The notes below the pieces were generated by a model, which searched no databases, was not told the DNA's origin, and saw only the letters and a program-made list of their open reading frames with translations. The position numbers were made by a program, and so were the translations under genes. From Octopus sinensis (lineage: Eukaryota), in assembly GCF_006345805.1 (NCBI RefSeq), contig NC_043016.1, forward strand, positions 29,946,001-30,010,000: 64,000 bases of DNA, given 5' to 3'. Positions within the stretch are counted from its first letter, which is position 1. The number at the start of each line of letters is the position of its first letter. This document shows positions 13,703 to 28,289 of the stretch, piece after piece.

Positions 13703-14212
13703 TGTTTGTGTCTGTGTTTGTACCTCAACCATTGCTTGACAACTGCTGTTGGAGTTTTTACATCCCCGTAACTTAGCAGTTTGGCAAGAAGGACCGATAG
13801 AATAAGTACAATGCTTACAAAGAATAAGTCCAGGGATTGATACCTTCAACTAAAAGGTGGTGCTCCCACAGTCAAAATGACTGAAACAAGTAAAAATGTA
13901 AAAGAGTATTAGAAATAACTTTTTACACGATCGTATAACCTGCTAGAAATAGCAGCTAAATCTTCCTAACATCACACCCTATTGCTTTAAAAAAACAAAA
14001 TGAAAGATTCATCAAATACTCTTTACTCGTTTCAGTCATTTGACTGTGGCCATGCTGGAGCACCACTTATTCTATCGGTCTCTTCTGCCGAACCGCTAAG
14101 TTACACAGACGTAAACACACCACCATTGGTTGTCAAGCAATGTTGTGGGGGTGGGGGACAAACACAGACACACAAACATATACACCCACATACATATATA
14201 TACATATACATA

Positions 14213-15156
14213 CAGGGTGTCCCAAAAAAATGTATACACACTTTAGCAGCTGATAACTCAATTGATATTTTTTCTTTCCAGATGAAACCTATAGGATATA
14301 ATGATGGCAGTCAGATTAAGCTTTGAACAAAGAAAATTCATTCTAAAATGATACTGGAAGTGTGAAAATGCAGTTGAAGTGCAAAAACAGTTGGGGAGGG
14401 AGTTTCAAACAGATCCATCAATGCAACTCTCTATCACTTGAATTAGAGATAAGTTTGAAGCTGATGGAACTGTTCAGAATGTCCACGATAAGCATTCCAG
14501 AAGACCCCGAACATCAACAACCCCAACAAAGCAAGGAGTACCGGAATTGAATCACCAAAGTCCAAGAAAATCTGTGCGGCAAAGCGAGTCATGAGGTAGG
14601 TATTCCAAAATCATCTGTCCAATGCATTTTGAAGCATTGTCAATGGAAAAGTTACATTCCAAGATTAGTCCATGCTATTAATGATGATGATCCAGACGAA
14701 AGAGTGCAGCATTGCGAGTGGTACTTGGAACGATGTGTAGAAGCTGCACACTTTCCAACAAAGATTGTGTGGAGTGATGAAGCCACATTTAAATTAAATG
14801 GTTCAATTAACTGCCACAATTAATTGCACCTACTGGGGTCCTGAGAACCTGCATGTTATGGTGAAACACCATGTTAATTTGATATTTGTGTGGTGTGGTT
14901 TATCATCAAGAGGATTAATTGGACCATTCTTTTGTTATGCTACTGTGACTGGTCCCGTTTACTTGAACTTGTTGCAACAGTCTGTTATGCCAAGCATTAG
15001 AGAAGACTTTGAAGATGAGGAGTTTTATTTTCAGCAAGATGGGGCACCCCCACACTACCATTGCTATGTTAGATCCTTCCTTGATGAGATCTTGCTAAAC
15101 AGGTGGATTGGATGAAGAGGTATGGTTGAATTCACCAGACCTCACACCACTAGACT
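14213..15156 (+). mobile_element. Tc1/mariner transposon relic (rosa/DD41D-like), 3'-truncated
   Basis: Left end is TA|CAGGGTGTCCC. Peptides [54 protein letters not shown] and PDLTPLD in shifting frames. Confidence 0.88.
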
Positions 15157-18100
15157 GGAGGTCAAAAACTATACAGAAGTCTCTTGTACAGGTGTGCGTT
15201 TAAGAATGAGTGTTTATAATTCATCATCATCATTTAGAGTCTGCTTTCCATGCTGGCATGGGTTAGACAGTTTCACTGGAACTGATAAGCCAGAGAGCTG
15301 CACCAAGTCCCGCTCTGATTTAACATGGTTTCTACTGCTGGATGCCCTTCCCAATGTCAACAACTCCAAGAGAGTAATAAATGCTTTTTATGCGCCAGCA
15401 GCATGTAAAAAGCACCCATTCCATATCTTTGCATAAAAGCAGAGCTAAAGATGTTGATGCCAAGTTGACATTTCCTATCAACACTATTATTCTCTAGCCT
15501 TGCACTTTCAAAGGCAAGTAAAATAAAAACAAAAAGATCCTCCAACTGAAAAACAGATTAGGCTTAGTCATGAAAGGCATCCAACTGTAAAATAATGCAT
15601 TAATAATATCTCCTCCAACCTATGCTAGCATGGTAAAACAGAATTAAAATGAATGAATGAACAACCTAACAAACAACCTTTTTTAACAGATTCCAACACT
15701 TTCATAAAATACATCCATCAACTGATGTTTTATTAGAAAACTGAGGACATCATTAAAGGAAAGTGAATATTTTATGGCACTTTTCAAAAGATTGTAAATT
15801 TTATTGTGTGAAGGGTTAATAATTATTATAGCTTTTCTACTTATTCAAAGTGAAAATATTAGGAAGTAAAAAAAGGATTAGTTTTTGTCTTTTGTCTAGT
15901 TGGCAAACTCATTCATGCAACCCTTTCACACAGTTAAGGGTTAAGTCATAAAATAAAAACTGAGAATAATGACAAGATCATCATTGCCAGAATACAAATC
16001 AAATGACTGCTTAGTCAACAACATATATAGAGTCCTTAGCAGAACTGCTATTACTGCTACAGCTTTTGATGACAATAATAATAATGTGAAAGTAATTTGT
16101 ATTTGAGAGAGTTTTATGGACTGTAGCAGAGGAGATGATGTGGTGTAGCACATAACACACATATATATTTGTTCAGTACAACATGGTGGTTAAGCGTTCT
16201 TATACATAATGTAACAAACTTCACTTCCATAACAAAAAAATGTCCGTAGTTCATTCATTTTACATTCATTTTCTCGTGTTGGATGGATACTTATTCAAGG
16301 TAACCTAAAACTTGGCAACTGGAAGGAACATTTCCATTCCATTAAAGTGTAAACATGACAATTTCACACACGCACACACACAGAAGATGGGCCAAAAGTC
16401 ACAAAGTATGAAAATGCAGTTGGTGCAACAGTTGAAGCTGCCTGAAGCTCACAGAACACAATATACAGTCAGAGTTTGTGACTTTTGGTTCACCCCATAT
16501 GCACACAAAAACACACACATAACAAGCTTCTATACAGTATCCATCTAGCAACTTCACAACAAAGCATTGGTTGATCCAAGGCAGGCTGTAGTAGAAGGTG
16601 CTTGCTCAATGTGCCACTCAATCAGACGGAACCTGAAACCATATGATTGTGATGTAAATTTGTTAGCTATGCAGCTAAGAGACCCAACCATAAATCCTCA
16701 AACCTCACTATCAGCACCCTACTTCCAAGTCAGCAGGGAGCACATGCATAATCACTTGACCTGTCAAAAAATATCCCTATATTGGATAACATGGACTTTA
16801 CCACGTATAAGAAAAAACAGAGGATGGATATGGCTGGACTGCACTTGGTCACATGTCTTGATTGTGGTTGACCTGGGGCTAAGCAACAACTACACCAGTC
16901 CCAACTAGTCTATAACCTTGCTCAAAATGTTTTATATGGTTTCAACACAAAAAAAAATATCTTTACAATAACTTATAAAAGGAAATGATTTTGACTATAT
17001 TCTACACAAAGTATTCATCACAAAGTATTTCCAACAACTCTAAAATATAATACAAATTAATAATGATATATATATAAACGCACACACGTGTGTGTGTGTG
17101 TATATGTGCATGCAGTATAGCTATGTGGTTAATAGGCATTCTCATTGCACAGTACCTAGGACAAATGTCTTCTAATATGTCTCCAAGTCAACCAAAGTTT
17201 TGTGAGTGAATTTGGAAGATAGAAACTGAAAGAAGGCTAAAGTGTAGGATTACATTTACACTTCTCCCAAACTTCATTCAACTATGGGGAGTGTCATTTC
17301 CACTGTCACCAGGTCATCTGCTGTCTTTGTGCCCTCGAAGAGAGGAAATAAAAGATCCTCAACTTGAAAAACAAGTAAAGGTAGGAAGGGGTTCTGGTTG
17401 CAAAACAATGTGCCATTAGTATATTGTCCAATGCATGCAAGCATGAAAAAATAGATATAAAATGAACAAATATGTAAGTAAAACAGTAAAATTCTGAATG
17501 ATTATACAAAAATATTGTCAATTAATTAAAATTTTCCTTCTTAGAAAAAGAAACAAAAACTAAGCCATCTTAGTGGCAAAAAAGAGGGGAGATAATTTTT
17601 TTAAAATTAAGAATTAATTTCACAAAATTATTTTACATGGTTAGGAGGAAAACCTATTCAGTGTTTGTACGTAAGGGAAACAACTTTATGCTTGTTCTTG
17701 TATTACTGGATTCCAAGAACACAGAATAGTTTACGCACATAACAAATGTTTTTGTTTTTTTTTACATATAGGAAAAACTCCAGTGGGCTAACAGCATGAA
17801 TTTAAATAAGAGGTGATGTACTAAATGACATGCAACAATTACTCAATGAATTATACACACACACACATAGAGGCACCAAAGTACAAATCTCTGGTCATAC
17901 TGTCGATTCATAATTCCAATAACACAGAATATAATAATAAAAAAAATTATTGACGTATTTAGTTGAAAATTATGTAATGACACCAGTTGTAAGTCCAACA
18001 CTGACCAATGAGGACACCCAACCTTTCTGTCATAAATCATAAACCATTTAGAACATCAAAGCAGTTATGTCATACTAAGCTGTATACACACACACACACA

Positions 18101-18204
18101 CATATATACCCCACATTCCTTTTCCAGTTTTCAGAGTTAGCACTGTCAATGGTAGGTACTGAAAGGTAGGTCTAGTGAGATTGTAGAGATCTTAAAAGGA
18201 GACG

Positions 18205-19069
18205 GGTCAATGTAACATGGGCCATGACTGCCGAAGACATGCGTAGGCTTGAAAGAAATGAAGCTAGCATGATCTGCTGGATGTGTAATGTCAGTGTGCA
18301 TACATGACAGACTGTAAGCGCTCTGAGAGAAATGTTAGGCATAAGAAGCATTGGATGTGGCATGCAAGAGAGACGTTTGCATTGGTATGGTTATGTACTG
18401 TGGATGAATGAGGAGAACTGTGTGAAGAAGTGTCACTCCCAATTAGTGGAAGGAATCTGGGGTAGAAGGAAACCCAGGAAGACATGGGATAAGGTGGTGA
18501 AGGATGACCTTTGAATGTTGGGCCTCACAGAGGCAATGACAAAAGACTGAGACCACTGGAGGTATGCTGTGATTGAGAAAACCCAGCAAATAAAATGAGT
18601 ACACAGCTGTAACCTACACCAGCATCATATAACCAACCCATTCAAAAGTACCTTGGATCGTAGAGAGACATGCCATGCTTGAGTTGACCTATTGAGTCAA
18701 GTACATCAACATCAAAATCAAATTACAATCAAATAGAAATTGTAGTCGTGACCCTCGTGCTGGTGGCATGTAAAAAGCACCATCCGAATGCGGCCAATGC
18801 CAGTGCCGTCTTGACTGGCTTCCGTGCCGGTAGTACATAAAAAGCACCATCCGATTGTGGTTGATGTCAGCTCCTCTGGCCCCTGTGCCGGTGGTGCATA
18901 AAAAGCACCCACTACACTCTCGGAGTGGTTGGTGTTAGGAAGGGCATCCAGCTGTAGAAACACTTCCAGATCAGATATGGGCCTGGTGCAGCCTCCTGGC
19001 TTCTCAGACCTCAGTCAAACTGTCCAACCCATGCCTGCATGGAAAACGGACGTTAAATGATGATGATGA

Positions 19070-19072
<3 letters not shown>
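18205..19072 (+). mobile_element. 5'-truncated RTE LINE (ORF C-terminus + 3' UTR + GAT tail)
   Basis: ERRLHWYG..CVKKCH..GRRKPRKTWDKVV is homologous to 45922-46300 and is followed by 3 UTR repeat units and the shared tail. Confidence 0.9.
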
Positions 19073-19114
<42 letters not shown>

Positions 19115-21557
19115 ATATATATCCATGTCCATGTATGCACACATCATACATGGCTGTACATATATACAACACACCATTATATTCATCATTCTGGCCACAT
19201 ATCATACCAGGTTGTACAACCCCCCCCCCCATACAATATGCATAGCATCTAAGACTGATCAGTATACACTCTAATTTACACTCATGTTATATCAGACTGA
19301 ACAATATATACACATCATACAAGGCTGCAGGATGTGCATACACATAAACATTATACAAGCATGTATACACACAGAGTATATATAACATATTGTGTAATTC
19401 ACACATTACAAGTCTGTAAAAACGGCATATCTTGTCCAAACACCTTGTTCATGATGGAAAGGCACATGCATACACGTGCGCACACACACACACACCACAT
19501 CACATACGCCACCTAATAATAAACTTCTGCATGATTTGCTCAACCAGCTAAAACTTGCAACCTAATCTCTCTCAAACCACAGCAAACTACAAGGTTCCGG
19601 GTCCAGTCCCACTGTGTGGAACCTTGGCTAAATGTCTTTTACTACAGCCTCGTGCCAACCAATGCCGAGTGAGTGGGTTTGGTAGGCAGAAACTGAAAGA
19701 AGCCCATCTTAAAAAGGACACAAAGTAATGTAGTCCTGGATATAACCTGAAAATAAGATGGTCTTTGATCATAAAAAAAAAAGAAAAGCTTGATCAGAGC
19801 AGACATGGAGGCCAATGACAATAGCAACAACAAAAACTTACACAACTGAACCAAAATTTAATAATTTTGGGACAGCTAAAACAAGCAAGTAAACTTCCTC
19901 CACGCAAGCATTTTAAAGACTATCCAGCCTCAACCATCTTTTTTGTTATCATTTACCTGTTTCGGTGATTAGACTGTGACCATGCTTGTGGGGCCCATGC
20001 ATGTGGGGCACTGCCTTGAATTTTTGGTCAAATGAATCTACCCCAGTATTTATTAAGCCTGGTACATATTCTATTGGTCTCTTTTGCTGAACTACTAAAT
20101 TATGGGGACATAAACACACCAACACCAGTTGTCAAGTAGTGATATGGGGAGACAAACACATAAGTATCTATACCTATATCTATATATGACGGGCATCTTT
20201 CAGTTACCATCTATCAAATTCACTCACAAGGTTTTGGTCAGCCTGAGGCTATAGTAGAAGGCACTTGCCCAAGGTGTGACACAGTGGGACTGAACCTAGA
20301 ACCACATGGTTGGAAAGCAAGCTTCTTACCATACAGCCACTCCTGTGCCTGTGTTCAACAATTTTCAGGCTACCTACATACACTAATACAATAACTGTTA
20401 ACACATAATTTTTCACCTCTTGACCCAAACTCAGTTCTGGGACTACCAAACCACATACACTGAATCTCAAAAAATTGTATTTTACTATGTCCAACCCATG
20501 CCAGCATGGAAAGCGGATGTTAAACGACGACGATGATCATGATGTAATAACCCTTTTGATACCAACCTGTCTGAAACCACAAACCACCCCTGGTTCTATA
20601 TTACAAATTTCTTGTTTTAAATTAAAATCTCCCATCAACATTGCATGTTAATTTATATTTTAGACACTAGATGAAATTTTGTTTTATTCATTTACTTTTA
20701 TTCTTGACTGTGGCCATGCTAGAGCACCACCTTGAACCTTTTTTTGTTGAAAAAATTGATCCCAGGACTTATTCTATGTAAGCCTAGTACTTATTCCGTC
20801 AGTTTCTTTTGCTAAACTGCTAAGTTACAGAAACATTAACACACCAACATCAGTTGTCAGGCGATGGTGGGAGGGCAAACAGACATGCACACACACACAT
20901 ATAAGATGAGCTTCTTTCAGTTTCCATTTACCAAATCCACTTACACGGCTTTGGTTGGTACGAGGTTATAGTAAAAGACATTTGCCCAAGGTGCCACACT
21001 GTGGGACTGAACCCGAAACCATGTGGTTGGGAAGCAAGCTTCTTACCACACAGCCACACCTGCACCTATGAATATTGACTATTTTACTAAATTTTTATTA
21101 TTTTCAAAATTAATTAGTACAAAGGCAGTGTATATCAACAGATATATGGTAACAAAATGGTTAAATAAATCAGTCAAGTCATGCATATCAGATATTAGAG
21201 CAGGCTGAATTAGTCTAGTATGTAGTGCATCTAAATATCACACCCAATCATTCTAGCAATCATCTCTGGGCAACAGTTTTGCTTAAGCAGGACTGATGTT
21301 TTGGAGCGTATGTTGAGATTTCTTTCCGTGATTTCAGAGTACATACGGTGTGAGGTGTACAAGTAGCATGCAGATGACACTTGGAAATGGAAGGTTAGGA
21401 GGAATGAAGTGGGTTATCATTTGTGTAGGTATGAGTGATTAAATGAAAGTGACAGCAAATAAGCTGTTGATGTATATGAGAAAGAATAGGAGGAACCAAA
21501 TCTGGGGTACACCAGGGCTGAGAGGACAGATAGAACTCCATTGGAAAATGGTGCTAT

Positions 21558-21597
<40 letters not shown>

Positions 21598-21626
21598 TGT
21601 ATATACACATGGCTACATGTGTGCTA

Positions 21627-21727
21627 AAGTATTTGGAACTTCTACATATGAAAAGTAATTGGAACTTCTACATATGAAAAGTAATTGGAACTTCTACATA
21701 TGAAAAGTAATTGGAACTTCTACATAT
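21627..21727. repeat. 26-bp tandem repeat, ~3.7 copies
   Basis: TTGGAACTTCTACATATGAAAAGTAA at 21633, 21659 and 21685, with a partial copy at 21711. Confidence 0.95.
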
Positions 21728-22839
21728 TATAATGACCTATATTCCATTTGGAACACAATCACATCCAACATTCATGTGGAAAATAGTAGAAGAGTGGCTG
21801 AAATGATAATGTGCCAAAATAAATACTTTGAAATATTTAGTTTCATTCCCCCATATTGTCAGTGTTGTTAATTCTGCCAAATTCAACTTAACGTCTCAAT
21901 TCAGAGAACCAATCATTCAAGGCATTGTTCTACCAGGTGTAAATAAATGTACCAGTCATAAACATTTATACAACTAACTTGGCCTCGCCACTGCAAATTT
22001 ATAGCATCAGAAAAATCAATAGACACATGAATAACCAACACCTGTTATTTGTCATCAACAGTCACAGTTGGTATTTAATTACTTTAATTACATGGTTTTA
22101 TTTACATTTGTTTGCTGTGGTGGTTTTGTGCTTTTAAAATTTTTTTTTTTTTTTTTTTTTACATAATTCACAATATTTTGACAAAGCTGTGGGCTTGTGA
22201 GTTCCAGTGTCATGTAAAAGTACCCGTACCGATGCTGCATAAAAGCACCCAGTACGTTCTGTAAAATGGCTGGCATTACGAAGGGTATCCAGCCATAGAA
22301 ACCATACCAAAACAGACATGGAGCTGAGGTAGCTCCCCAGCTGGCCACTCCTGTCAAACCATCCAATACATGCCAGCATGGAAAGCAAATGTTAAATGAT
22401 GATGATGATGATGATGAAATTAAGGAAGTTGAAAAATAGAGGCAAGTGCTAAAAGGATGCCTATGTTAGGACAACTATCAATTCACAGCTGCAGGCAGAA
22501 TTGTCAGTGCTGAAAGGTATGCTGTATAGTATATGCTCTGATTCTGAGCATTTTTAAAATTCAAAACCTGCCTCTTGTCACATGACAAATAAATAAATAA
22601 AACCTGCAATACTTCTGGGAGGAGTTGCGGCCATCATATCATCATTGTTTAACGTCCATTTTCCATGCTAGCATGGGTTGGACGGTTCAACTGGGGTCTG
22701 GGAAGCCAGAAGGCTGCACCAGGCCCAGTCTGAACTGGCAGTGTTTCTACGGCTGGCAACGGCCACAATTGGATGGTGCATTTTACGTGCCACCGGCACA
22801 GAGGCCATATAGTTTCAGTAATTAAATAATAATAAAAAA

Positions 22840-23342
22840 AAACTGTTTCCAGGAAATTGTTGGAAGCCACTTAAAAGCAAGCCTGTCTGGCTCAAGAGAG
22901 AGGACAAGGGATGCAGCAAATATGAGCACTGAGGATGGTAGAAACATGTGACTCAGAGTCACAGTATCTGACTCAACAAAGCTCATGGTATTGTGCTGGC
23001 AGAAATGTTAGCACGCCGAGCGAAATGCTTAGCAGTATTTCATCTGCCGCTACGTTCTGAGTTCAAATTCCGCCGAGGTCGACTTTGCCTTTCATCCTTT
23101 CGGGGTCGATAAATTAAGTACCAGTTACGCACTGGGGTCGATGTAATCGACTTAATTCCTTTGTCTGTCCTTGTTTGTCCCCTCTCTGTTTAGCCCCTTG
23201 TGGGTAGTAAAGAAATAGGTATTGTGTTGCAGTTTTGTCACCTACATTGGTGAGCGGCCCAGGGCAGTTCTGATATCACAATGGCGCATGCCAAAACATC
23301 TACAGAGCTGCTTCACCACTTGATGACACAACTACTACTACA
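22840..23342 (+). mobile_element. Possible 3' end of an RLE-type (NeSL/HERO-like) LINE, interrupted by a SINE
   Basis: Short remnant ..WLKREDKG.. followed by a UTR ending in (CTA)n. Weak evidence. Confidence 0.3.
22996..23217 (+). mobile_element. tRNA-derived SINE family 2 (Meta-domain-like). Others at about 10290-10483(-), 11265-11495(+), 40649-40810(+), 43060-43298(-), 61787-62001(+)
   Basis: CTGGCAGAAA..GAGTTCAAATTCC..GCCTTTCATCCTTTCGGGGTCGATAAATTAAGTACCAG, with a 9-bp TSD GGTATTGTG at 22987-22995 and 23218-23226. Confidence 0.88.
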
Positions 23343-24555
23343 TCTGGAAACAGAGAACAGCAGCACCCTCAGCACACAAGTGTTTGCCCTAAGTATGTGT
23401 AATTATACAAATATTTGTGTGTGATATCTATGTTCTGTGGTAAGTTAACAAATATGGCACCACGCAAAAGCACCCAGCACACACTGTAAATTGGTTGGCA
23501 TTAGGAAGGGCATCCAGCCATAGAAACCATGCCACAACAGACAACCGAGTCTGGTGTAGCTCCCCAGCTTGCCAGCTGTGGTCAAAGCAATCTAACCCAT
23601 GCAAACCTGAACGACAGACATTAAATGGGGGGAGGAGGAGGAGGAGGATGTGAATTAATTGTTTTTAATGTTCTAGCAAGAAAGGCTTAAGCATAAAGAA
23701 AATAAATGCTGTACACACCCATTAAAACAAATAGAATGTCGACCTATACAAAGTTGTGTTATTATGTTTCTTTTCTTAATATATAATAGCGACAAAAAAA
23801 TAATAATAATAAAATGAAAATCAATTATTTTCTTTCTTTTCCAGCCTTTTACAATAAACATGTTGCCATGATCAAGTAGGCCTACGATTAAAAGTATTGT
23901 ATATCAAAGACTGAAGGTGGTTCCTTTGTTAACTTACCACTAAACATTACTGAGTAAATACCATACATATATATTCACACACACACACACACACACACGT
24001 ACATATAGACTTATATATTCATTTGTTTGTTTTTACATTAGTTTTTCCATGCTAGCATAGGTTAGACAAAATAGATTTAACTCTTGTTCCATGGCTGGAT
24101 GCCCATCTTGTTGCTAACCCTTACCTGCTTTTCCCAAGTAAAGGATATCTTATTTTACACATTTTCAAAGATGAGGCACTAATCGATGGATGACCCAAAA
24201 ACAATAGAAAAGAGAGCAACATCACTGCCCACAGCTGAGCAAATTTCAGAGATGAGCCTTATGTAAAAACACACACATATGAAGAGCTTCTTTCAGTTTC
24301 TATCATGAAATTCACTCACGAGGCTTTGGTTGGCCTGGGGCTATAGTAGAAGGAACTTCCCCCATGGTGCCACACAGTGAGACAAACTAAAACCACATGA
24401 TTGGGGAGTGAAGTCCTTAACCAAATATTCTGTAACCACACACTCAGTTGTTGTTGCTAGATAGGTTTTCATATTCTGCAACTTGCAGAGTTTGTGCGTG
24501 TGTGTGTATGTATAGAGTATTCGTTCTCTTGCTTTTATATCTCTTTGACATCTTC

Positions 24556-24643
24556 CTCTCTGATGCTGGAGCACTAGGCATATGGAATTATTACTCAATA
24601 TGATGGCCCACATGCTTCATTATTCTAAAAACAGCTGTAAGAG
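24556..24643 (+). ncRNA. Degenerate hammerhead-like motif
   Basis: CTCT-CTGATGC-TGGAGCA...TGCTTCA...AAAAC-AGCT-GTA-AGAG. Two core positions deviate from consensus. Confidence 0.45.
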
Positions 24644-24779
24644 ACTCTGTATATCTATATTCTCTATCCAAGTTAAAAGTCTTTCCCAAGTAAAGCCAAA
24701 CAGTTTTGCCTTTTCATTTTTACTTGACCGCTAAATCTACAAGTTTTTTTTCATTCTCTCTGTTTATTTTCCCTTATTC

Positions 24780-24815
24780 CTTTCTGTTGAAGAGCATAGG
24801 CTCGAAACATAAAAG
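24780..24815 (+). ncRNA. Minimal hammerhead-like motif (degenerate)
   Basis: CTTT-CTGTTGA-A-GAGC-ATAG-GCTC-GAAAC-ATA-AAAG has stem I CTTT/AAAG and stem II GAGC/GCTC. GAAACATA may be CpG-decayed GAAACGTA. Confidence 0.45.
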
Positions 24816-24901
24816 ACTTTTTCATTTTCACAAGCATCAAACTAATGCAATTGCTTGTTGTTCATACACCTGTCTTCGTCTTTTGTTTTTCTATAAATTT
24901 C

Positions 24902-24935
<34 letters not shown>

Positions 24936-25686
24936 ATCATTGTCATCATCTTTGGCATGGATTGGATGATTTTACAATATCCAATGAGTCCAAGGACTGC
25001 ACTGTGCTCCAGGGTCTGTTTAGACATAGTTTCTATGCCAACCATTTTGTAGCATGCACTGAGTGGTTTTTTTTTTTACATGCCACCAACATTAGTGAGG
25101 GTGCCATGCAACTTACAAGACCACAACATCCCAGGTGAGGGGGAGAGCAGTAGTTATGTGAGGAGATGAAGGTATAGAATATGGGCAGAGGAAAAGAGGG
25201 AGGGGGAAAATAGGAAGGAGAAAGGAAGGAAGGGGGAAAGCCGGTTCTAATCAAGGAGCTACATGGTTACTCACTTTTAGGAGAAAAAGTGAAAACGATC
25301 AGTACGGACTACAAGTTCAAGTAGCTACTCAAGGTATGACTATATATATATATATGTATAGGTATAATCCTAAATGAGGACCTCTTATTTTCAATAGCAT
25401 AAACATACAAAAAGAGTACAGGTAAGCCAGTTGAATAATGAGGTTGATAAGTAAACAAATTTTCTTATGAAGGTGTCACTCCCCTTCCAGATTACAACTA
25501 TTCATTTCACAAAAGAGTTTATTTTTACAAGAAAATAAAGTAGTAAAAGAGAAAAATAGCATAAAAGTATGGTGTGCAGCTAACATAGAAATAAGTAATA
25601 CATTCCTTATTTCATCAAATAAGGATATGCTGAGTCATGGATGTTTTTATAATCCAGGTCTGATCACAGCTGATTTGTTCTAAAAA

Positions 25687-25753
25687 AGAGAGAGAGAGAG
25701 AGAGAGAAGAAGAAGAAGAAGAAGAAGAAGAAGAAGAAGAAGAAGAAGAAGAA
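25687..25753. repeat. (AG)n followed by (AAG)n microsatellite
   Basis: Direct reading. Confidence 0.95.
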
Positions 25754-27019
25754 TCAACCCCAATACGAGACTGGTACTTTATCAACCTTGTAATGATGAA
25801 AAGTAAAATTAACCTTGGTATGATTTGAACTCAAATTATTGTTGGAACAATAAAGCAGTATATCCAATTAGCTAACAACTCTGCCAATTAGTCACTTCAC
25901 AGTCAATGATGTTGAAATGTTGCTATTTAACCACAACCTGATCCTGATCAAGCAGATCAACAAAGGCAATCCAACCATGACCAGCCCATCTTTTCATCAG
26001 ACAGATAAAGGCTAAAATTACATTACCCAGGAAGTCCAACATTAAAAGAGTAGTGCAATAGTTTCCAAACTTTTATTATATCTTATATCTTCTTTTGGTT
26101 TCAGTCCTTGTACTACGGCCATGCTGGAGCACTCTGCCTCAGAGGATCCAAGTCAAATGAATTGACCCCAGTACTTATTTCTTTTTAAGCCTGGTACTTA
26201 TTCTATTGGTCTCTTTTACTGAATCACAAAGTGACAGGGATGAGGAAACAAAAAGCCAACACCAGTTGTCAAGCATTGGTAAGGGATGGACACACACACA
26301 CACATACACACACAATTTGTAATGATGAAGTCAAACCAAATAGTGATATTTTGAAATCATTTAATATGTATATTTCAGACACACACACGCACAAGAAATA
26401 TGACCGGTAACTGTTGGCATTGCTACAACAGGTTTCTTTCAGTTTCCATCTATTAAATCTACTCAAAAACTTTCAGTCAACTTGTAAAATATAAAGTCAC
26501 CTTCTTGAGTCATGCTGACTTGTAAGGACCAGTTTCCTGCCTGGTTTCCACGATGTATAAATTCCCCGTCTGGACGGGTTGTCGGTCCATCACGAGATTA
26601 CTCAATTTTGCCAGGTGAGTGAACTGCAGCAATGTGAAATGAAGTGTTTTGCTCAAGAACACAACTTGTTGCCCAGTCCAGGAATTGAAACCAGAATCTT
26701 ATGATCATAAGTCCAACACCCTAACCACTAAGCCATGCACCTCCACAGTAGTCAGTCTGGAGCAACAGTAGAAGACACTTGCCCAATGTGCCATGCAGTG
26801 GAACTGAGCCCAGAATCATGTGATTAGAAAGCAAGCTTCTTACCACAAAGGCACATCTTTCCATGTCTCATTGAATTAATTCAAATCTAAATTAACTTTT
26901 ACAATTGTTTAGTCATGAAATACATTGCAGATTTGACAATACCATATCATGTGACTAGTGATACAAGATATATATTTGATTATTAACTTCGTTAAATTTG
27001 TGTCACTAACAAAACTTAA

Positions 27020-27238
27020 CCCTTTAGTGTTCAGATTATTCTATCAAACATAATGCCTATTGATTCCCATTGATTTGAATTAATCATGCATTATGTCATA
27101 TCTTCAAGATCTTGATGGTGTAATTACTTAATGTAGAATAACATTGTAGGGTAGGTGTAAGAGCCTGGATCTGGTCAGTTTGAACATAAAACAGATTAAA
27201 TATTTTGGCCGGATATGGCCGGTTTAAATACTAAAGGG
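27020..27238. mobile_element. piggyBac-type MITE (family B). Other copies at about 33872-34087 and 59045-59542
   Basis: TTAA|CCCTTTAGTGTTCA ... TAAATACTAAAGGG|TTAA shows a TTAA TSD and CCCT..AGGG termini. Confidence 0.85.
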
Positions 27239-28289
27239 TTAATGTATTACAAAAGATATTACTTTTAAAATGCATTGGTTGCCAATGTAAAAAAAAAAAC
27301 ATTTTCAAATGTCCTGAACTGGATTGATTTCATTTGATAGAGACTTGGCTGTTATTTATACCCCATTTATTATCCCCCCTGCCATTGACATCTACAAGTT
27401 TTCATAACAGCTACACTAACACAGGCATACCTTAAGTTATGTTGGTGATCATCTCCAAGCCACGCAGCTTAACTTGAAAAATGATGTAGCACGCAAAAAC
27501 ACTTTAATATTGTTTATTTGCTTGTATCTGTTTAAATAAATGGATTGTACATATTTTTACATGTACTTTATTTGAGTGTCTTCTTCAGCATTGGTTTCCA
27601 GGTGGTCTTTCTTTCTTTTATGTTCCTGCTTTTTTAATGTTTGCTGAGATTGATGGAAAGCTGAATAAAATGACTGAAGTTGAGGCTAATTCTTTTTCTA
27701 TTAATTTCTTTAAAAAAAATACAACATAAAGTGAAAAAAGATGTAACTAAAAAACAACATAAGTTGAGTGCAGTTACACCTGGATTAAATCCAAATGGAA
27801 ACTTAACTAAAGAAGAAATATGTTTAGACATGAATTTTCCTAGGTTCAAAACCTTGGAAATAACTTTGATAACAAGAACACAACTTACAGCAACATGGCT
27901 AGAGGTACAAATGAGTGAAGAAATAAACCAAATTTGCTATTAATATCTGAATGGTAAGCACATTCAAAAGACATTCAGTTTATTTATTGTTCTGTTCTAC
28001 ACTATCAAAGAACTAAATATAGTTGTAATATATAAAAAGACTGGTATGCTAGTTAAGTGTTTGCCAAACTAGCTAAATTTTGCTGGCACATACAGCTTAA
28101 CTTTAAGAAGTAAACAAAAGCAGAAGAAAACACAGTTACAAGGCTCTTAGCTAAATATCACATCATATTTAAAAAATAATAATCAAAAACTATCTAACAG
28201 CACAGATTTACTACTACTACTACTACTACTACTACTCAGAGTGAACTTCAAAAGTTGAAGTAACATTATAAAGTAAAAATATATATATA

